DNA from: Rhodospirillaceae bacterium UBA1479
Lineage (GTDB): Bacteria; Pseudomonadota; Alphaproteobacteria; Rhodospirillales; Casp-alpha2
Length of the DNA: 64,000 bases
Direction of reading: 5' to 3'
NCBI GenBank assembly: GCA_002325375.1
Contig: DCRZ01000003.1
Coordinates: 3,306-67,305, forward strand
In this document: positions 42,420 to 52,115 of the stretch, piece by piece
How positions within the stretch are numbered: the stretch's first letter is position 1
Layout: each line of letters starts with the position of its first letter
Position numbers and translations under genes: made by a program
Notes under the pieces: model-generated
What the model saw: only the letters and a program-made list of their open reading frames with translations
Database searches by the model: none
Told to the model about the DNA's origin: nothing

Positions 42420-42480
42420 TCCGTCCTCCCATGATTATTGCCGCCCGCGTCATTCGCGACAGGCTGACCGGGAATTTAAT

Positions 42481-42504
42481 ATTGTTAGACAATTAGTCAA
42501 TTAG
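42481..42504. promoter_or_regulatory. Probable GntR operator: palindrome ATTGT-TAG-ACAAT plus two CAATTAG direct repeats
   Basis: Palindrome at 42481-42493; CAATTAG at 42490 and 42498; lies between the divergent CoA transferase and GntR genes. Confidence 0.55.
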
Positions 42505-42556
42505 AAAATATATAATGCTTTCATAACGCTCGGCGGCGACCTATCAAGAGAACGAC

Positions 42557-43252
42557 ATGAGCAGCGCATCTGGCCCCACCGACTTTCCCCGCCCGGACCT
42601 ATTGCCGGAGCGGCTTGCCGAATGGATTTCAGGTGAAATCGTGGCCGGCCGCTTTCCGCCCGGCGAACGTCTCGTGGAACATGCCCTGTCGAAACGCTGC
42701 AACGTCAGCCGGGTGCCGCTGCGCGAGGCCCTGCGCATCGTGGCGGCCCAGGGGTTGCTGATTCTGGAACCCCACCGGGGGGCCGTCGTCACGCCCCTGT
42801 CGGAAAGCGAATTGCGGGAACTGTTCGACCTGCGCATGGCGATCGAGGGCTTTGCCGCCGCCTCGGCGGCCCGGCAGCAACCGGCGGCGGCCTTCGCCGC
42901 CCTGCGCCGCATGAACGCGGACCTGGATGAATTGATCCAGGCCGAGGATTACGAGCGCTATTACGCCCTGGCGGCGGAATTTCACGATGCCCTGGTCGCC
43001 GCGGCGCAAAACGGCCTATTGGTGGAAACCTACAACCGGGTAAAGATCCGTTTCCGGCGTTATCAGGCCGTGCTCGCCAACATCCCCCATCTGCCGCCCC
43101 GGTCCGTTGCCGAACACACACGGATACTGGCGGCCATGGAAGCCGGTGACGCGGACGGCGCCCGTGCCCTGGTCGAAGCGCACATCCGGGATCTGGTCGA
43201 TGCCTATGGCCAATCGGACGCGGGACGCCGGTTCTTCGATCAGGCGTCCTGA
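42557..43252 (+). CDS. GntR family regulator (FadR/FCD type)
   Basis: GRFPPGERLVE...VSRVPLREALR wHTH; LFDLRMAIEG, EFHDAL, SVAEHTRIL, EAHI. Confidence 0.92.
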   Translation: MSSASGPTDFPRPDLLPERLAEWISGEIVAGRFPPGERLVEHALSKRCNVSRVPLREALRIVAAQGLLILEPHRGAVVTPLSESELRELFDLRMAIEGFAAASAARQQPAAAFAALRRMNADLDELIQAEDYERYYALAAEFHDALVAAAQNGLLVETYNRVKIRFRRYQAVLANIPHLPPRSVAEHTRILAAMEAGDADGARALVEAHIRDLVDAYGQSDAGRRFFDQAS

Positions 43253-43264
43253 CCGACCCGGCGG

Positions 43265-44545
43265 TTATTTCCCGTCTTCGGCCAGTTTGTTGAGGCAGGC
43301 CAGTTCGACGCAGGCGCAGACCACGTCCATGGCCTGAACCACTTCCTCCAGCGGCGGCAGGGTCGGCGCCAGGCGGATGTTGCGATCGTTGGGGTCCTTG
43401 CCGTAGGGGAAGCACGACCCGGCGGGGGTCAGCTTGACTCCAGCCTCGCCGGCCAGGCGGATGACCTCCTTGGCGCAGCCGTCGAGCACGTCCAGGCTGA
43501 CGAAATAGCCGCCCTTAGGTCTTGTCCAGGTCGCGATGCCCTTGCCCGCCAGATGCTTGGTCAACGCGTCGTCCACGGCCTTGAATTTTGGCGCGCAGAG
43601 TTTCGCATGGCCGTCCATATGGGCCAGGATGCCGTCCATGTCCTTGAAGAACTTGACCTGACGCAGCTGGGTGATCTTGTCCGGGCCGATGGTCTCGAAG
43701 AACAGATGGTCCAGGGCGTCCTTGACGTTGGCCTTGGAGCCGGCGAACACGGCGATGCCCGCCCCCGCGTACGTGATCTTGGAGGTCGAGCCGAAGATGA
43801 ACGGCCGGTCCGGGCAGCCCGCTTTTTCACAGACCGTCAGGATGTCGGCGACCGTGTCCAGGCCCTGGCCCAGATGGTGCACGGCATAGGCGTTGTCCCA
43901 CAGGATGCGGAAATCAGGCGCCGCCGCTTTCATTTTGGCCAGGCGTTCGACGACCGCGTCGGAATAGGTCGCCCCCGTCGGGTTAGAATACTTGGGCACG
44001 CACCAGATGGCCTTGACCTTGGGGTCCTTGACCAATTCCTCGACCGCATCCATATCCGGCCCGTCGTCCTTCATGTCGACGGAGACCATGTCCAGGCCCA
44101 GTTCTTCGCAGATCGCGAAATGCCGGTCATAGCCCGGCACGGGACAGATCACCGTCGCCCCTTCGTCCCGCCACGGCCCCTTCCCGCCCACGACACCGAA
44201 GGTCATGGCCCGGGCCAGAACGCCGTACATCATCTGCAGGGAGGAGTTGCCGCCGATCACGACCTGATCGGCGGGCACGCCCAGGTATTCGCCGAACAAC
44301 TTGCGGCAGGCAGGGGTGCCGGCAAGGCCCCCGTAATTGCGCAGGTCCGTGCCGTCGTCGTCGCGCACGTCCTCCACCGTCACGTTGGTCAGAAGCGCAT
44401 CGGACAAATCCAACTGCGCCGCCGACGGCTTGCCGCGGGTCATATCCAGGGCCAGATTACGGCCCCGAATATCGTCGTAATGCCCCTTGGCCCGGTCGTG
44501 GGATTGGGCAAGGACGTCGCCGCCCGCCTGTGTCAGGTCCGTCAT
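43265..44545 (-). CDS. PLP-dependent aminotransferase (PF12897-like putative aspartate aminotransferase)
   Basis: Start trimmed to MTDLTQ. LDMTRGKPS, RNYGGL, CPVPGYDRHF, VPKYSNPTG, WDNAY, STSKITY, NIRLAPT. Confidence 0.85.
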   Translation of the reverse strand: MTDLTQAGGDVLAQSHDRAKGHYDDIRGRNLALDMTRGKPSAAQLDLSDALLTNVTVEDVRDDDGTDLRNYGGLAGTPACRKLFGEYLGVPADQVVIGGNSSLQMMYGVLARAMTFGVVGGKGPWRDEGATVICPVPGYDRHFAICEELGLDMVSVDMKDDGPDMDAVEELVKDPKVKAIWCVPKYSNPTGATYSDAVVERLAKMKAAAPDFRILWDNAYAVHHLGQGLDTVADILTVCEKAGCPDRPFIFGSTSKITYAGAGIAVFAGSKANVKDALDHLFFETIGPDKITQLRQVKFFKDMDGILAHMDGHAKLCAPKFKAVDDALTKHLAGKGIATWTRPKGGYFVSLDVLDGCAKEVIRLAGEAGVKLTPAGSCFPYGKDPNDRNIRLAPTLPPLEEVVQAMDVVCACVELACLNKLAEDGK

Positions 44546-44585
44546 GGGTCTCTCCATGCTCCGTCGCAAGAAGTCCGGGCGGGCC

Positions 44586-46019
44586 TTACAGGCTCGCCTG
44601 GGTCACGAACTTCGGGTTCAGATAGGCTTCGATGGCTTCCGTGCCGCCCTCGGACCCGTAACCCGAATCCTTGACGCCGCCGAACGGCGTTTCCGGCAGG
44701 GCGATGCCATGATGGTTGATGGAAATCATGCCGCTTTCCACGTTGGCCGCCAGGTCCTGCGCGGTCTTGGCCGAGCCCGTATAGGCATAGGCGGCCAGGC
44801 CGAAGGGAAGCCGGTTGGCTTCCGCGATCACGTCGTCAAAGCCCTTGAACGGGGCGATCACGGCGACCGGGCCGAACGGTTCCTCGGTCATGATCCGGGC
44901 ATCAAGGGGCACGTCGGTCAGCACGGTGGGCTCGAAGAAATTGCCCTTATTGCCGATGCGCTTGCCGCCGGTCTTGAGGTTCGCGCCCTTCTGCACGGCG
45001 TCGCCGATGAATTCCTCCATGGCGGTGATGCGCCGGGGATTGGCCATCGGACCCATCTGGCTGTCGGCGGACATGCCGTCGCCGACCTTGATCGACTTCA
45101 TGCCGTCGGTGAACTTGCTGACGAACTGATCGTAAATGCCTTCCTGGATCAGGAAGCGGGTCGGCGACACGCAGACCTGGCCCGCGTTGCGCTGCTTGTT
45201 GGCGCGCAGGATCTTTACCGCCAGATCGACGTCGGCATCGTCGAACACGATGGACGGCGCATGCCCGCCCAGTTCCATGGTCGCGCGCTTCATGTGCGTG
45301 CCGGCCAGGGCTGCCAGATGCTTGCCGACCACGGTCGAGCCGGTGAAGGAAATCTTGCGGATCACCGGATGGGGGATCAGGTATTCGGAAATCTCGGCCG
45401 GCACGCCGTAGACTAGGTTGACGGCCCCGGCGGGCACGCCCGCGTCGGCGAAGCAGCGGATCAGTTCCGCTGGCGACGACGGGGTTTCCTCGGCCGCTTT
45501 GACGATGATGGAGCAGCCGGCGGCAAGCGCGCAGGCGATCTTGCGCACGGCCTGGTTGATGGGGAAGTTCCAGGGCGTGAAGGCGGCAACGGGGCCCACG
45601 GGCTCCTTGATCACCATCTGATAGACGTTGCCCGCGCGGGCCGGAATGATGCGGCCGTAGGTGCGGCGCGCTTCCTCGGCGTTCCAGTCGGTGACGTCGG
45701 CGGCGACCAGGATTTCGCCCTTGGCCTCGGGCAGGGTCTTGCCCTGTTCCAGGGTCATCAGGGGGGCGATCTTGTCGGCCCGTTCGCGCAGCAGGTCAGC
45801 CGCCTTGCGCAGCACCTTGGCACGGTCGAAGGCCGAGACCTGCCGCCAAGCCTTGAAGCCTTTGTCCGCCGCTTCAAGGGCGCGGTCCAGATCCGCCTGT
45901 TCCGCATGGGCAACGGTGCCGATGACTTCGCCCGTGGCCGGGTTTTCAATCGGCATCGTGCGGCCCGCGGCCGCCTTGGTCCATTCGCCGTCGATGAACA
46001 GCAAGACATCGTTATACAT
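44586..46019 (-). CDS. NAD-dependent succinate-semialdehyde / alpha-ketoglutaric semialdehyde dehydrogenase
   Basis: [49 protein letters not shown]; resembles Azospirillum KGSADH-I as recalled. Confidence 0.88.
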   Translation of the reverse strand: MYNDVLLFIDGEWTKAAAGRTMPIENPATGEVIGTVAHAEQADLDRALEAADKGFKAWRQVSAFDRAKVLRKAADLLRERADKIAPLMTLEQGKTLPEAKGEILVAADVTDWNAEEARRTYGRIIPARAGNVYQMVIKEPVGPVAAFTPWNFPINQAVRKIACALAAGCSIIVKAAEETPSSPAELIRCFADAGVPAGAVNLVYGVPAEISEYLIPHPVIRKISFTGSTVVGKHLAALAGTHMKRATMELGGHAPSIVFDDADVDLAVKILRANKQRNAGQVCVSPTRFLIQEGIYDQFVSKFTDGMKSIKVGDGMSADSQMGPMANPRRITAMEEFIGDAVQKGANLKTGGKRIGNKGNFFEPTVLTDVPLDARIMTEEPFGPVAVIAPFKGFDDVIAEANRLPFGLAAYAYTGSAKTAQDLAANVESGMISINHHGIALPETPFGGVKDSGYGSEGGTEAIEAYLNPKFVTQASL

Positions 46020-46167
46020 GGTCGGATTCCTCGAAATTTTGATTAGGGAAGCGGGCGCAGCGCACCCTCAGGCGGCCAAGCGCCGCCCGTTGCCCGCACC
46101 ATGCCCGATCCGGCGTCTGGTCTCAATGGGCCAGACGGGAAAAACAGTTAGGTCATGATGGCACGAC

Positions 46168-48081
46168 TTAGGCCTTGCGGGACGCCCCGTAGCCGATGTC
46201 CTTCAACGCGCTGGTGATTTCGTCCAGGATCGCCGGGTCGTCGATGGTCGCCGGCATCTTCCATTGCTCGTTGTCAGCGATCTTCTGCATGGTGCCGCGC
46301 AGGATCTTGCCCGATCGGGTCTTGGGCAGACGCGGCACCACCGTCGCCTGCTTGAAGGCGGCAACGGGGCCGATCCTCTGGCGGACAAGTTGCACCACCT
46401 CGTTGACGATCTCGGCGGCGTCCTTGGTCACCCCGGCCTTGAGCACGAGAAAGCCCACGGGCAACTGCCCCTTCAATTCGTCGGCGACACCGATCACGGC
46501 GCATTCGGCGACGTCCGGGTGGGCGGCCAGGACTTCCTCCATCCCACCGGTGGACAGACGGTGCCCGGCCACGTTGATGATGTCGTCCGTGCGCGCCATG
46601 ATCGAGATATAGCCGTCCTCGTCGAACACCCCGGCGTCGGCGGTTTTGTAATAGCCGGGATATTCGTTCAGGTACGCCTCGCGGAACCGTTTATCCGCGT
46701 TCCACAGGGTCGGCAGGCTGGACGGCGGCATCGGCAGCTTGACGCAGATCGCGCCGATTTCCCCCGGCTTCACCGGCTCGTGCGTTTCTTCGTTGAGTAC
46801 CTGGACGTTCCAACCCGGGCACGGCTTGGTCGGGGAGCCCGCCTTGACCGGGAAGCGGTGCAGACCCATGCAGTTGGACGCGATGGCCCAGCCCGTTTCC
46901 GTCTGCCACCAATGGTCGATGACCGGCACGCCCAGGGTTTTTTCGGCCCAGTCCAGGGTCGGCGGGTCGGTCCGCTCGCCGGCCAGGAACAGCATCTTGA
47001 ACGAGGACATGTCGTATTTCTTCAGGAACTCCCCATTAGGATCTTCCTTCTTGATGGCGCGGAACGCCGTAGGGGCGGTGAACAGGATCTTCACCTTGTG
47101 GTCGGCGATGACCCGCCAGAAGGCCCCGGCATCGGGCGTGCCCACGGGCTTGCCTTCGTAGAAGATCGTCGTGCAGCCCTGCAGCAGCGGCGCATAGACG
47201 ATATAGGAATGGCCGACCACCCAGCCCACGTCGGACGCCGCCCAGTAGACGTCGCCCGGGTCCGCGTCATAGACGTTCTTCATGGACCATTTCAGCGCCA
47301 CCGCATGGCCGCCGTTGTCGCGCACCACGCCCTTGGGCTCGCCCGTGGTGCCCGAAGTATAGAGGATATACAGCGGGTCCGTCGCCGCCACGGGAACGCA
47401 ATCGTGCGGGGCCGCCTTGGCGGCTTCCGTGGCCCAATCCAAATAGCCGTATGAAGCCAGATCAACCGCGCATTCCGGGCGCGACAGGATGATCACCGTA
47501 TCCGGCTTGTGCTTGGCCAAGTCGATGGCGCCCTGCAACAACGGCATGTATTCAAGCACCCGGTTGACCTCGATCCCGCAGGTCGCGCTGACGATGGCCT
47601 TGGGCGCCGCGTCGTCGATGCGCACGGCCAACTCGTTCGAAGCAAACCCACCGAATACCACGGAATGAATGGCCCCCAGGCGGGCACAGGCCAGCATGGC
47701 GATGGCCGCTTCCGGCACCATGGGCATGTAGATGATGACCCGGTCGCCCTTGCCGACACCCTGGGCCGCCAGAACGCCCGCGAATTTGGCGACCTCGTCG
47801 CGCAATTGGAGATACGAGTACTTGCGCTGTGTGCCGCCGGTGACCGGGCTGTCATAGATCAGCGCCGTGCGGGCCCCATTGCCCTCGTCGACATGACGGT
47901 CCAGGCAGTTGTAGCAGGTGTTCAGCTCACCGCCCGTGAACCAGCGATAGATGGGCGCGCCGCTGTCATCCAGCACCTTGTCCCATTTTCGGGTCCACAC
48001 CAGGGCCTCCGCCGCCTCGCCCCAGAAACCGTCGGGATCATCGAGAGCGCGCGCATATGCGGCGTCATAGGCATTGGTCAT
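46168..48081 (-). CDS. prpE: Propionyl-CoA synthetase
   Basis: YRWFTGGELNTCYNCLDRHV, YTSGTTGEPKGVVRDNGG, DHWWQTETG, GHRLSTG, LPKTRSGKILR. Confidence 0.9.
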   Translation of the reverse strand: MTNAYDAAYARALDDPDGFWGEAAEALVWTRKWDKVLDDSGAPIYRWFTGGELNTCYNCLDRHVDEGNGARTALIYDSPVTGGTQRKYSYLQLRDEVAKFAGVLAAQGVGKGDRVIIYMPMVPEAAIAMLACARLGAIHSVVFGGFASNELAVRIDDAAPKAIVSATCGIEVNRVLEYMPLLQGAIDLAKHKPDTVIILSRPECAVDLASYGYLDWATEAAKAAPHDCVPVAATDPLYILYTSGTTGEPKGVVRDNGGHAVALKWSMKNVYDADPGDVYWAASDVGWVVGHSYIVYAPLLQGCTTIFYEGKPVGTPDAGAFWRVIADHKVKILFTAPTAFRAIKKEDPNGEFLKKYDMSSFKMLFLAGERTDPPTLDWAEKTLGVPVIDHWWQTETGWAIASNCMGLHRFPVKAGSPTKPCPGWNVQVLNEETHEPVKPGEIGAICVKLPMPPSSLPTLWNADKRFREAYLNEYPGYYKTADAGVFDEDGYISIMARTDDIINVAGHRLSTGGMEEVLAAHPDVAECAVIGVADELKGQLPVGFLVLKAGVTKDAAEIVNEVVQLVRQRIGPVAAFKQATVVPRLPKTRSGKILRGTMQKIADNEQWKMPATIDDPAILDEITSALKDIGYGASRKA

Positions 48082-48271
48082 CGGTGGAGCCTCCCTTTAA
48101 GTCAGCGCTTTGGCCGTTTTGCCGCCCTGTCCCCGGTTCCGAGGCGGCGGCGTTTATCTGCTCAGTGTGGGCCAAAACAGCGTTTTTTGCCAAGGTGCTT
48201 TGTGGCACATTGACCCTCAGGTCCGCGGTCAACGAACAGGCCCGAACATAACGGTTTTGCCGGAGGCTGCC

Positions 48272-49906
48272 TTGAGCGAAGTCAATATGTACGAACAGGC
48301 GCTGGACGCCGTTCGCGCCAATTACACCCCCCTGTCGCCCAATACGTTCCTGAAACGGGCGGCCCGCGTGTACCCGAACCATCCGTCGGTGGTGCACGGG
48401 GCCAAGCGCTTTACCTGGGGCGAGACCTATACTCGGGTGAGAAAGCTCGCCTCCGCGTTATCCAAGCGGGGCATCGGCCATCTGGATACGGTCGCCATCA
48501 TGGGCGCCAACACGCCCGAGATGTATGAGGCGACCTTCGCCGTACCCATGGCGGGGGCGGTCATCAATACGCTCAACGTGCGCCTGGACGCCGAGGCCAT
48601 CGCCTTCTGCCTCAACCATGGCGAGGCCAAGCTGCTGCTGACCGATACCGAATTCGCGCCGACGGTGAAGGCCGCACTGGCCCTGATCGGCCGCGACATT
48701 CCGGTGATCGACATCGTCGACAGCGAAGCCGGGCACGAGCATGTCACCCTGGGCGAAACCGATTACGAAAGCCTGCTCGCCGAGGGCGACGAAGATTACC
48801 CGTGGGACCTGCCCAAGGACGAATGGCAGGCGATCTCGCTCAACTACACATCCGGCACCACGGGCGATCCCAAGGGCGTGGTCTACCACCACCGCGGCGC
48901 CTATCTGAACGCGGTGTCCAACGCCGTCGGCTGGAACATGGCGCATCATCCGGTCTATCTCTGGACCCTGCCCATGTTCCACTGCAACGGCTGGTGCTTT
49001 CCCTGGACCATTGCGGCGCTGGCGGGCACCAACATCTGCCTGCGCCGGGTCACCGGCGCCAACATCTACGACGCCATCGCCACCCACAGGGTCACCCATA
49101 TGTGCGGCGCGCCCATCGTCATGAGCTTCCTCGTCAATGCGACCCAGGCGGAACGCAAGGAATTCAGCCACAAGGTCAAGTTCATGGCCGCCGCCGCCCC
49201 GCCCCCGGCCGCGACCCTGGAGGCCATGCAACGCGAAGGCATCGAGGTCACCCATGCCTACGGCCTGACGGAAACCTACGGCCCCGCCGTGATGTGCGCC
49301 TGGCATCCGGAATGGGATGCGCTTCCGATCGAGGAACAGGCCCAGAAGAAATCCCGCCAGGGCGTGCCCTATCACGCGCTCAACGACCTGCAGATCATCG
49401 ATCCGGACACCATGCAGCCCGTGCCCGCCGACGGCGAAACCATGGGCGAGGCCATGTTCCAGGGCAACATCGTCATGAAGGGCTACCTGAAGAACCCGGA
49501 GACGTCGGAAAAGTCCCTCGCCGGCGGCTGGTTCCATTCCGGCGATCTCGGCGTCATGCATCCCGACGGCTATATCCAGCTCAAGGACCGGTCCAAGGAC
49601 ATCATCATTTCCGGCGGCGAAAACATCTCGTCCATCGAGGTCGAGGGCGTGCTCTACAAACACCCCGCCGTCCTGACCGCCGCCGTGGTCGCCAAGCCCG
49701 ACGACAAATGGGGCGAAACCCCCTGCGCCTTCGTGGAACTGAAGGCGGGCGTGCCGGCGCCGACGGCGGAAGACATCATCCAATTCTGCCGCGACAACTT
49801 GGCCCATTACAAATGCCCGAAAACCGTGGTGTTCGGCGACCTGCCGAAGACCAGCACGGGGAAAATTCAGAAGTTCAAACTTAGAGAATTGGCTAATGAA
49901 ACCTAA
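48272..49906 (+). CDS. Medium-chain acyl-CoA synthetase (PRK08162-like; family includes DmdB-type ligases)
   Basis: TTG start after GGAGG (alternative ATG at 48287). ANYTPLSP, NYTSGTTGDPKGV, WTLPMFHCNGW, YGLTETYGP, LPKTSTGKIQK. Confidence 0.88.
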   Translation: MSEVNMYEQALDAVRANYTPLSPNTFLKRAARVYPNHPSVVHGAKRFTWGETYTRVRKLASALSKRGIGHLDTVAIMGANTPEMYEATFAVPMAGAVINTLNVRLDAEAIAFCLNHGEAKLLLTDTEFAPTVKAALALIGRDIPVIDIVDSEAGHEHVTLGETDYESLLAEGDEDYPWDLPKDEWQAISLNYTSGTTGDPKGVVYHHRGAYLNAVSNAVGWNMAHHPVYLWTLPMFHCNGWCFPWTIAALAGTNICLRRVTGANIYDAIATHRVTHMCGAPIVMSFLVNATQAERKEFSHKVKFMAAAAPPPAATLEAMQREGIEVTHAYGLTETYGPAVMCAWHPEWDALPIEEQAQKKSRQGVPYHALNDLQIIDPDTMQPVPADGETMGEAMFQGNIVMKGYLKNPETSEKSLAGGWFHSGDLGVMHPDGYIQLKDRSKDIIISGGENISSIEVEGVLYKHPAVLTAAVVAKPDDKWGETPCAFVELKAGVPAPTAEDIIQFCRDNLAHYKCPKTVVFGDLPKTSTGKIQKFKLRELANET

Positions 49907-49915
49907 TTTGCGTGG

Positions 49916-50350
49916 ATGTTGAACTTCGTTATCAACACGGCATTGCCCATTCTAGGCACCTTTATGATCGGTGCCGTTGGATGGATTTCGACTAATTTTG
50001 TTTTGAACCCGATTTTGAAGTTCAGCCAGCTTCGTGAAGAAATCAACGTTGCTCTTGAGTACCACGCTAACGTCTCTACGGACGAAGTGGGTACGCAACG
50101 TTATTTGGCCGCTTGCGAAGAAATTCGACGCCTTGGAACCAAGATGATCGCCTTTCACAATACCGCTCACTGGGCCGTGCACATGTATCTCGACATTCGA
50201 GGATTTAATTTGAAAACGGCCAGCGGTGCACTTATCGGCCTTTCAAATTCGATGAGTGATAAAGGTGGTGGACGGGCAATGTTTAAATGGGATGTTCAGA
50301 CAAGCCTCAAACTCCCAACAAGCTACGAAACTAGGCCTGTTGGAGACTAA
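49916..50350 (+). CDS. Low-GC orphan hypothetical protein with an N-terminal TM helix
   Basis: 144-codon open frame; hand count 84/180 GC (about 47%) in 49921-50100 versus 40/60 in 49681-49740; TM LPILGTFMIGAVGWISTNFVL. Confidence 0.6.
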   Translation: MLNFVINTALPILGTFMIGAVGWISTNFVLNPILKFSQLREEINVALEYHANVSTDEVGTQRYLAACEEIRRLGTKMIAFHNTAHWAVHMYLDIRGFNLKTASGALIGLSNSMSDKGGGRAMFKWDVQTSLKLPTSYETRPVGD

Positions 50351-50385
50351 GACGACCCTCCCCAACCTGCATTCCAACCTATTCA

Positions 50386-50425
50386 TAAAAAACGCGGCAG
50401 CCCTCGCAGGCTGCCGCGTCTTGTG
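50386..50425. terminator. Bidirectional intrinsic terminator
   Basis: 11-bp stem ACGCGGCAGCC (50392-50402) / GGCTGCCGCGT (50409-50419) with an A-run on the left and a T-rich right side, between convergent genes. Confidence 0.7.
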
Positions 50426-50511
50426 TTCCCCGATCATCTGAAACGCTTCGCAGCGGGGTATTGCCGCCGGCTTAACCCCGGCAGCCGTCCGCGCGCAAAC
50501 GCCGCCATCCC

Positions 50512-50682
50512 TTAGTGCCGGGTGGCGATCCCTTCCATTTCGTCTTTGATCCTGAGTTTTTCTTTCTTGAGGGCGTGTATTTCAATGTCGTCGGGGAGAG
50601 GTCTTGAGCTTTCCTGGTTGATCAGGTCTTCCAGTGTTGAATGACGTACCTTTAAGGCTTCCAACCGTTGTTCAAGACTCAT
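50512..50682 (-). CDS. DUF465/YdcH family small protein
   Basis: MSLEQRLEALKVRHSTLEDLINQE..RP.PDD.EI..LKKEKLRIKDEM. Confidence 0.85.
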   Translation of the reverse strand: MSLEQRLEALKVRHSTLEDLINQESSRPLPDDIEIHALKKEKLRIKDEMEGIATRH

Positions 50683-50905
50683 ATTGACGAACTCCTTCCT
50701 CAATGGGGGGCCGTCAGACCGTCGACGGCCCGTATCAAGCACGTTTGTCACGACAGTGTCATGGTAGCCGAAATTGGAACAAAAATAAACCTATCGACCC
50801 GAAAACGACAGATTATGTCGCGGCCATAACCTCCTGAATCCAGGGCCGTTCATCCTGTTCGGTGGATTTTCCTAGGGAAAATTCCGGCCTTTTCCCGCGC
50901 CCGGG

Positions 50906-51985
50906 TCAGCGGTCGCCCAGGCAGATGCCGAGGCCGCGCGCCGTGCGCGCCTGGGAGCCCTGCAGATCGACGCAGCGCGGCCCGTCGGCCAGGTCCCGGA
51001 GCGCCGTGTCGATGGTATCGCCGCCCCGCCAGCCAACCATGCGCCCCGTTTTCCCCGCCGCCGCCAGGTCCACGGCATGAACGCCGAAGGCCGAGGCCAG
51101 AAGCCTGTCGATGCTGGTCGGCATGCCGCCGCGCTGCACATGGCCCAGCACGGTGACCCGCACGTCGGCCCCCGTGGCCCGGGCGATCTCCGCGCCCACG
51201 ACCTGCCCGGCGCCGCCGTAATGCGCCTTGCCGCCGGGATCGGGGCGGGTTTCGATATGCCCGCCGATGGGTTTCGCCGCCTCGGCGCAGATGACCAGCG
51301 CGTGGTTGCGGCCTTCCTGGGCCACGGACGCCAGCTTGGCGGTGATGGCCGCCGGGTCGTAGGGAATTTCCGGGATCAAGATCACGTCGGCACCGCCGGC
51401 GATGCCGGCCGCCAGCGCGATATGCCCCGCGTCGCGGCCCATGACCTCCAGCACCATGACGCGCTGATGACTGGCCGCCGTGGGCTGTAGGCGATCCAGG
51501 GCCTCCACCGCCGTCGCCACGGCGGTGTGATAGCCGATGCACATCTCCGTGCCCGGCACGTCGTTGTCGATGGTCTTGGGAATGCCGACGAAGGGCAGGT
51601 TTCCCTGGTCGGCCAGGCGCTTGAGAATGCGCATGGAGCCGTCGCCGCCGATCCCGATCAATGCGTCCAGGTCAAGCTGGCGGATGCCGTCGAGAACCTC
51701 GGCCGAACGGTCGGAGACCCCACCCTTGCCGTCCGGGAAGGTGAAGGGATTACCCTTGTTGACGGTGCCCAACATGGTGCCGCCCTGGCGCAGGATGTCG
51801 CCGGTGAAGACGGCAAGGTCAAGCGGCCGCGCCTTCACGGGCCGTTCCATCAACCCCCGCGTGCCCTGGAGGATGCCCACGACTTCGGCCCCGTATCCGG
51901 TCACCGCGCGCTTCACCACGGCGCGGATGGCGGCGTTCAATCCGGCGCAGTCACCGCCACTGGTCAGCAGCCCCAGGCGTTTCAT
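50906..51985 (-). CDS. pfkA: 6-phosphofructokinase (PfkA family, GGDG + PKTIDND type)
   Basis: Start trimmed to MKRLGLLTSGGDCAGLNAAIRAV. GGTMLGT, GIGGDGS, PKTIDND, EVMGRDAG, TVLGHVQRGG. Confidence 0.92.
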   Translation of the reverse strand: MKRLGLLTSGGDCAGLNAAIRAVVKRAVTGYGAEVVGILQGTRGLMERPVKARPLDLAVFTGDILRQGGTMLGTVNKGNPFTFPDGKGGVSDRSAEVLDGIRQLDLDALIGIGGDGSMRILKRLADQGNLPFVGIPKTIDNDVPGTEMCIGYHTAVATAVEALDRLQPTAASHQRVMVLEVMGRDAGHIALAAGIAGGADVILIPEIPYDPAAITAKLASVAQEGRNHALVICAEAAKPIGGHIETRPDPGGKAHYGGAGQVVGAEIARATGADVRVTVLGHVQRGGMPTSIDRLLASAFGVHAVDLAAAGKTGRMVGWRGGDTIDTALRDLADGPRCVDLQGSQARTARGLGICLGDR

Positions 51986-52115
51986 GGTGTCGGCCCTCTT
52001 GGATTCCGGTTGAGTGGCGTCTATAGGATCGATAACCATTCTGCTATCATGAAAGACAAGCAGACGGAAACAACCGTCGCCGCGGGTTTGGCGGCCATTT
52101 TCCCCACGGAGCACC

